Below, one piece after another: positions 27,952 through 32,000 of a DNA stretch of 32,000 nt. The stretch is taken from NCBI RefSeq assembly GCF_900083515.1, contig NZ_LT671858.1, positions 660,001-692,000 on the forward strand, read 5' to 3'. The position numbers and the translations under genes are program-made. Source of the stretch: Cuniculiplasma divulgatum. GTDB lineage: Archaea; Thermoplasmatota; Thermoplasmata; Thermoplasmatales; Thermoplasmataceae. The notes beneath the pieces were generated by a model. That model was given only the letters and a program-made list of their open reading frames with translations, was not told the DNA's origin and did no database searches. Position 1 is the first letter of the stretch. Each line of letters opens with the position of its first letter.

Positions 27952-29046
27952 TCATAAAATTACGCATTCTCTTGACATTGAGTTGAACGCAACACATTTG
28001 CTTCCATTAAAGTAATTTGTATCTTCAATTCTGACACCTCCCAGATTCTCAATGTACACTCCAGGTTCTATTGTAAAAACAGAATTTTTCAGAACTCTGT
28101 AATTATTTTTTGGAATTAAGTATGGCTCCTCATGTACTTCCAGTCCTAGCCCATGACCCAGTCTATGTATAAAGTATTTCCCGTAACCCTTACTTTCAAT
28201 TATGTTTCTTGCGTTGCTATCCATTGCAGCATATGTTGTATCCTCTCCTATCATATTTCTCGTATCTTCATTAGCCTGCTTAACAGTTTCATATACGTCA
28301 AGCATCTTTTCACCAGGATCACCAAGGAAGAAAGTTCTGGTGCTGTCAGAAGCATAACCTTCATATTTCCCACCATAATCTATAACCACTGAGTCTCCCA
28401 GTTTTGCTTTTGTATTATCCGGAGAATGATGAGGCATTGCAGCATTTTTTCCAAAAGATACAATTGTAGAAAAGGCAACTCTAGACAGTCCTTGATTGAA
28501 AAATTCATTTTCGAGTATCCTTGAGAACTGGATTTCCGTTATTCCAGGAATAAGTTTTTCCAGGGATGCTTCAAGAGATTTTTCAGACCGTTTGACTGCC
28601 TCTCCTATAGCCATCAATTCATGCTCATCCTTCCTGATCCTCAGCTCTGTAAGTATATCATCCTTTAATTGTAACTCTTTCTTTAGAACCCTGTTCATCT
28701 CGTATAAATGAAAGAACTGGAGTCCTCCTTCAACTGCAATATTCTTAAATCTGCTTAACAGCTCACCGGTCATATTATAGGGATTATCATCATCGTTCCA
28801 TGATAATATATTTCTTATAGGGGTTTCTTCAATTATCTGTTCCTTCATTAAAGAAGGACAGACGACTGTAAAATTGTCAGCATCTACAATCAGGAGAGTC
28901 AGTCTCTCCATTGATTCAGCTTCCATTCCCGTGAAGTAGGTGAAATTTGCACCCGGAGGAATTAGAAAAGCCTCAACTGAAGCCTCATCCATTTTCCTTC
29001 TTAGCTTTTCAATTCTGTTCTTAAAAGTAAAATTATCCAGTTTCAT
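27952..29046 (-). CDS. pepQ: M24-family Xaa-Pro dipeptidase / aminopeptidase P
   Basis: 364-aa ORF with metal-ligand blocks VVIDYGGKYEGYASDSTRT, HRLGHGLGLEVHE, FTIEPG and VRIED. Confidence 0.85.
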   Translation of the reverse strand: MKLDNFTFKNRIEKLRRKMDEASVEAFLIPPGANFTYFTGMEAESMERLTLLIVDADNFTVVCPSLMKEQIIEETPIRNILSWNDDDNPYNMTGELLSRFKNIAVEGGLQFFHLYEMNRVLKKELQLKDDILTELRIRKDEHELMAIGEAVKRSEKSLEASLEKLIPGITEIQFSRILENEFFNQGLSRVAFSTIVSFGKNAAMPHHSPDNTKAKLGDSVVIDYGGKYEGYASDSTRTFFLGDPGEKMLDVYETVKQANEDTRNMIGEDTTYAAMDSNARNIIESKGYGKYFIHRLGHGLGLEVHEEPYLIPKNNYRVLKNSVFTIEPGVYIENLGGVRIEDTNYFNGSKCVAFNSMSRECVIL

Positions 29047-29076
29047 AATGTGATATAATTAACCAGATATTAGCAA

Positions 29077-29658
29077 TTATGTAATATAAGAAGTGGCATC
29101 AGAGTCAAAATTATTTACAATCTTCATTTTACTTCCGTCTCCACTGGGTAAGAGAAGAAGGCTGGGATAAAGGTGCCACAGGTCAGAGGCTCCAATTCTA
29201 GCTGCAATATGATCCTCTCCAAAGGTCATCTTTGTTACAAAAGCTGTCATTCTCCTTGCTTCCATCTCATCAACATATCCAACAGAGTGAATGTATTCAT
29301 GTGCTAGAACCGTGAAGAGGAATGAATTAAATTCTTTTGTTGTGTGAGTGGCTGAACGCATATACCCAACTATAGTTTCATTGAGAACTATATAATTTCC
29401 TCCAAGTTGCCAGTAGGCACCTATGGTGTTTGGGAGGTTTGATAGGGCTAACCCCAAACCAGTTCGTTCCTTCCCTAGAATATTCTTTACGCTTTTCTTA
29501 ACAAGTTTGAATATCCTGTTATAATCGGTTCTTTCAGATTCAAGTATTTGGTCACCGAAAGTGCTTATATGTGGAAACTTATCTTCATTGAATGAGAAAC
29601 TAAAGTCTGAGTGGTTACGTTCTCCAATATTGGTTACTTCATCAGATAAAAATAACAT
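29077..29658 (-). CDS. Putative zinc metallopeptidase (HExxH; SprT/WLM/DUF45-like layout)
   Basis: 193-aa ORF. GAYWQLGGNYIVLNETIV is followed about 25 residues later by LAHEYIHSVG (HExxH). Family assignment by eye only. Confidence 0.45.
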   Translation of the reverse strand: MLFLSDEVTNIGERNHSDFSFSFNEDKFPHISTFGDQILESERTDYNRIFKLVKKSVKNILGKERTGLGLALSNLPNTIGAYWQLGGNYIVLNETIVGYMRSATHTTKEFNSFLFTVLAHEYIHSVGYVDEMEARRMTAFVTKMTFGEDHIAARIGASDLWHLYPSLLLLPSGDGSKMKIVNNFDSDATSYIT

Positions 29659-29678
29659 TTTAGATCACAGCAGTTCCA

Positions 29679-29700
29679 TATTTATTGAATATTTATTGAT
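29679..29700. repeat. Tandem 11-mer tatttattgaa / tatttattgat in the promoter region of the HExxH gene
   Basis: Read directly. On the minus strand it gives two aataaata TATA-like boxes, the proximal one about 25 nt upstream of the ATG at 29658. A third TTTATTGA copy lies at 29851-29858. Confidence 0.5.
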
Positions 29701-29926
29701 TACGATTATTTTGTAAAGATTAAATCTATCTTATTCTTAATTTAATTAATGTTTATATCAAAATCAATGTAATATATAAAGACGGTACTTGGATAATTTT
29801 TTTATTAATAAGATGTGTATTGAAAATTATAGAAAATGATACGGGGTAACTTTATTGATGGTTACGAAACAACAGAAAATGTATTAAAAACTAATAACAA
29901 CTTGTCGCATCACACTTTTACACTTA

Positions 29927-29999
29927 TGCGGGTGCCGGGATTTGAACCCGAGGCACGAGCTTGGCAAGCTCGCGTGTTACCAGGCTACACCACACCCGC
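29927..29999 (-). tRNA. tRNA-Gly (anticodon GCC)
   Basis: Reverse complement folds as acceptor GCGGGTG/CACCCGC, D stem GTGT/ACAC, anticodon stem CGAGC/GCTCG with loop TTGCCAA. T arm TCGGG-TTCAAAT-CCCGG, discriminator A. 73 nt. TATA-like aaaatttatta lies about 29 nt upstream (30021-30034). Confidence 0.9.
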
Positions 30000-30046
30000 T
30001 TCGAACCCTTATAGTTAGAATAGTAATAAATTTTAGGTTTAATGAT

Positions 30047-30715
30047 CTATCTGATTCCCTCCAATGTTTCCATACTGGAAAGTATTTCCCAGCCTACTGT
30101 CCATATGGTCAGTTCATCGTCAAATATGGAAATTGGGTTCAATTTCTTGTATACCGGACTTACAAAATCACCCTCAGAGAAACCTCCTATAAATACGCTG
30201 AAATCGGTTTTCCTAGTGAATAGATTGCTTGGTTTTATTTTTGCACCCTTCGGAGAAAGTAATATGCTGTCGTAACTATCATGGATAATAGAATCCCATT
30301 TTCCCTTTTCAACGTTCATTAGGATTTTTCCATCTGGTGACTCTACTTTTCCATTCCTCAATAATTTCTCCATCAAACCAATGAATCTATTATAAGACTT
30401 AGGAATTCTGGTTTCCCTATTTATTCTGATGATCTCATCATTTTTAGTATGAATTATAGTTTCCAGATAGCCCAATCTGTTTAGAATGGAATCCTGAGTC
30501 ACGTTCAACAGGTGATAAAATATGTCTGGCCTTCCCACTCTATTAGATTTTCCCGGAAAAGCTCTATCTATTGCACCATGCATATAATTGGAATCAAGAA
30601 TCATATCTTCTGGTCTTTTGTTTCTAGTATTAGCAATCTTTCTGATCTGATAATCGTCACACATCTCCTCAGGTACGAGTTCCAGTTCTGAGTCAATAAT
30701 GTTAAGTTGAAGCAT
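30047..30715 (-). CDS. nep1: Ribosome biogenesis SPOUT methyltransferase Nep1/Emg1 (SSU rRNA pseudouridine N1-methyltransferase)
   Basis: 222-aa ORF with blocks matching archaeal Nep1: ELELVPEE, ILDSNYMHGA, VGRPDIFYH, ETRIPKSYNRFIGLMEKLL, FIGGFSEGDF, LTIWTV. Confidence 0.8.
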   Translation of the reverse strand: MLQLNIIDSELELVPEEMCDDYQIRKIANTRNKRPEDMILDSNYMHGAIDRAFPGKSNRVGRPDIFYHLLNVTQDSILNRLGYLETIIHTKNDEIIRINRETRIPKSYNRFIGLMEKLLRNGKVESPDGKILMNVEKGKWDSIIHDSYDSILLSPKGAKIKPSNLFTRKTDFSVFIGGFSEGDFVSPVYKKLNPISIFDDELTIWTVGWEILSSMETLEGIR

Positions 30716-30780
30716 AAGTACCCATATGATTACATTTTAAATATGTCTTTTCTGCATTTTAGATGGAATCGCTGGGAATG

Positions 30781-30790
30781 ATTAAAATAT
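30781..30790 (+). promoter_or_regulatory. TATA-like element (attaaaatat) upstream of tRNA-His
   Basis: Centred about 28 nt upstream of the tRNA 5-prime end at 30814. Confidence 0.35.
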
Positions 30791-30813
30791 CTTAAAGAAT
30801 TACAGTGTCACAT

Positions 30814-30886
30814 GGCCGGGTTGGGGTAGGGGATATCCTTGGGGACTGTGGATCCCCGGACCCGGGTTCAATTCCCGGACCCGGCC
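30814..30886 (+). tRNA. tRNA-His (anticodon GTG) with genome-encoded G-1
   Basis: Hand-folded. G-1 lies opposite C73, acceptor GCCGGGT/ACCCGGC, anticodon stem GGGGA/TCCCC with loop CTGTGGA. 4-nt variable loop, T arm CCGGG-TTCAATT-CCCGG. Confidence 0.85.
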
Positions 30887-31575
30887 CTTTCTTAGTAGTC
30901 TGGTGTGTTTCCGGGATTTATAAAAGTAAATTAAGACATGCTATTATAAAGAGAAAGATGTGAGCATTCACAGGGATAATAAGATTAAAAAGAGAGAGGT
31001 TTTGATTGCAATAAAAGGTTGCCTCATCGAATCATATTGAATAATTTATGTTATTTCGTCATTTCCTTCCTCATGGATTAAAGGAGACTTTTCCTACGTC
31101 ACACTTTCAGACAATAGCTGACGCGTAATCTCAATAAATTTTGATCAAATAAAAGCATTGATAAATAATCGCATAGGTTCTATAATGGAATTAAGATTCC
31201 TATTCCTCGAATGCTTTTCACTATCCTCTGTCCATGACATTATAATGATGGAGTGAAGATATTTTAGTTTCTTCTAGTACAAGCATAAACGCATTTTCGA
31301 GAACCAGGGTAAAATGCCCAGATCATGGATCAAAGATTGCAAATGTCCTCTGAGAAAAGCGGAATCCAGTTTACACAGATGGATCTAAATTCTGGCATAT
31401 TAGTTAGAGACAACGAATGCTGGATTAATTCAGTTTAACTCTTCGGAGTTGATATATTCCATTCATTAGAAGAGAATAAGACATTTTATAGATGAAAATG
31501 TGACACAGATATTCAATGCGTATTGAGGTACCTTTTAATCGTTTTTTGGTGAGATCAGGAAATGAATAATTTAAA

Positions 31576-32000
31576 CTATATATTTGAAACTATCTTGATG
31601 GTTTCCAGAAGTGCAACAATTATGAAAACTGTCCCGAGGAAATAATAAATAGTCTTGTCTTTCATTCCAAGAGCTCTTTTGGCAAAATAAAGTCCAGAAA
31701 CCAGTGATACCAGACCTATAATTATCCCTCCAATTAGATCAATATCATTGATTATGAAATAAACGGCAGTTCCACTTAATGCCGAGACAAACATGGACAG
31801 TGTAGCGGTCCCCACCATGGTTTTCGCATCCAGTGAATAAAGGAGCATCATAACAGCGATAAACATTATGCCACCACTTGTTCCGAGTGTGCCAGTCATA
31901 ATCCCTATTGGTAAACTGATTAGAAACCCGAGGTAGTTCGGATGGGAAATATCACGATGTCTGATCTTTAACCCCTTTTTTGCCCGTTGGAATGACTGCT
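31576..32000 (-). CDS. TauE/SafE (DUF81) family membrane transporter, 5-prime-truncated by window edge
   Basis: The listed 107-aa ORF begins at an internal Met. I translated the frame by hand and it stays open from 31899 to 32000 (…GFLISLPIGIMTGTLGTSGG…). Gly-rich TM repeats (GTLGTSGG, GGIIIG) fit the second half of TauE/SafE proteins. Confidence 0.55.
   Translation of the reverse strand, partial: QSFQRAKKGLKIRHRDISHPNYLGFLISLPIGIMTGTLGTSGGIMFIAVMMLLYSLDAKTMVGTATLSMFVSALSGTAVYFIINDIDLIGGIIIGLVSLVSGLYFAKRALGMKDKTIYYFLGTVFIIVALLETIKIVSNI

Noticed and set aside
29659-29926. AT-rich spacer considered as a replication origin or DNA-unwinding element.
   Set aside because: No orc1/cdc6 gene is adjacent and I could see no recognisable ORB-like long inverted repeats. 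Promoter function for the flanking gene explains the motifs more simply.
29836-30275. Plus-strand ORFs 29836-30018, 29942-30223 and 30042-30275.
   Set aside because: They run across the tRNA-Gly gene (minus strand) and antisense to nep1. The tRNA fold and the Nep1 motifs explain the sequence.
30903-30919. CCGGGATTT (30911-30919), 25 nt after tRNA-His, is identical to 9 nt of the tRNA-Gly T-arm on the plus strand, with weak similarity in the preceding bases. Considered as an att-type partial tRNA-Gly duplicate.
   Set aside because: The geometry is wrong for tRNA 3-prime-end integration, because the partial copy lies upstream of the intact minus-strand tRNA-Gly rather than downstream. The housekeeping nep1 gene would be the cargo, and similarity beyond 9 nt is poor.
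30887-31575. Possibility of a large structured RNA (SRP/7S RNA, RNase P RNA) or a C/D-box sRNA in the ORF-free interval. There is an atgatgg near 31244 and a ctga near 31350.
   Set aside because: There is no GC-rich island such as structured RNAs show in AT-rich genomes. The C-box-like and D-box-like elements are imperfect and about 100 nt apart, too far for a C/D sRNA.
1-32000. Scan for CRISPR arrays, rRNA genes, IS elements with terminal inverted repeats, and long direct repeats.
   Set aside because: By eye I found no regularly spaced 25-40 nt repeats, no rRNA-like GC-rich blocks and no transposase-like ORF. The only recombinase is the tyrosine integrase at 44-1399.

Overview
AT-rich (by eye mid-30s % GC), tightly packed archaeal chromosome segment, most likely from a Thermoplasmatales-like organism. 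Lineage evidence: a 361-aa glucose dehydrogenase closely resembling the Thermoplasma acidophilum enzyme, an archaeal Nep1 methyltransferase, tRNA-His with a genome-encoded G-1, tRNA-Gln with A1:U72, TATA-like boxes 25-30 nt upstream of tRNA 5-prime ends and of several ATGs (suggesting leaderless mRNAs), and FlaI-type ATPases. I call 27 protein genes, 4 tRNAs (Gln-CTG, Ala-GGC, Gly-GCC, His-GTG), no rRNA, no CRISPR and no recognisable IS element. Most genes are housekeeping: hydantoinase/oxoprolinase A+B, thrB plus a cystathionine-synthase-family enzyme, ribA, gdh, folD, nadE, an NhaP-type antiporter, an ABC-2 exporter, treY-treZ, an M24 peptidase and nep1. The best candidate for an unusual system is a translationally coupled four-gene operon at 16073-21062 (minus strand). 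Two paralogous FlaI/PilB-type secretion ATPases bracket a platform protein split into two single-T2SSF-domain genes. No pilin, prepilin peptidase or archaellum accessory gene is visible in the window. Second is a 451-aa tyrosine recombinase at the left edge carrying a 124-aa C-terminal extension with a zinc ribbon. It is flanked by a CG-containing triple direct repeat that the window boundary cuts off. All functional calls rest on motif recognition by eye. No database search was possible, so they are family-level hypotheses.
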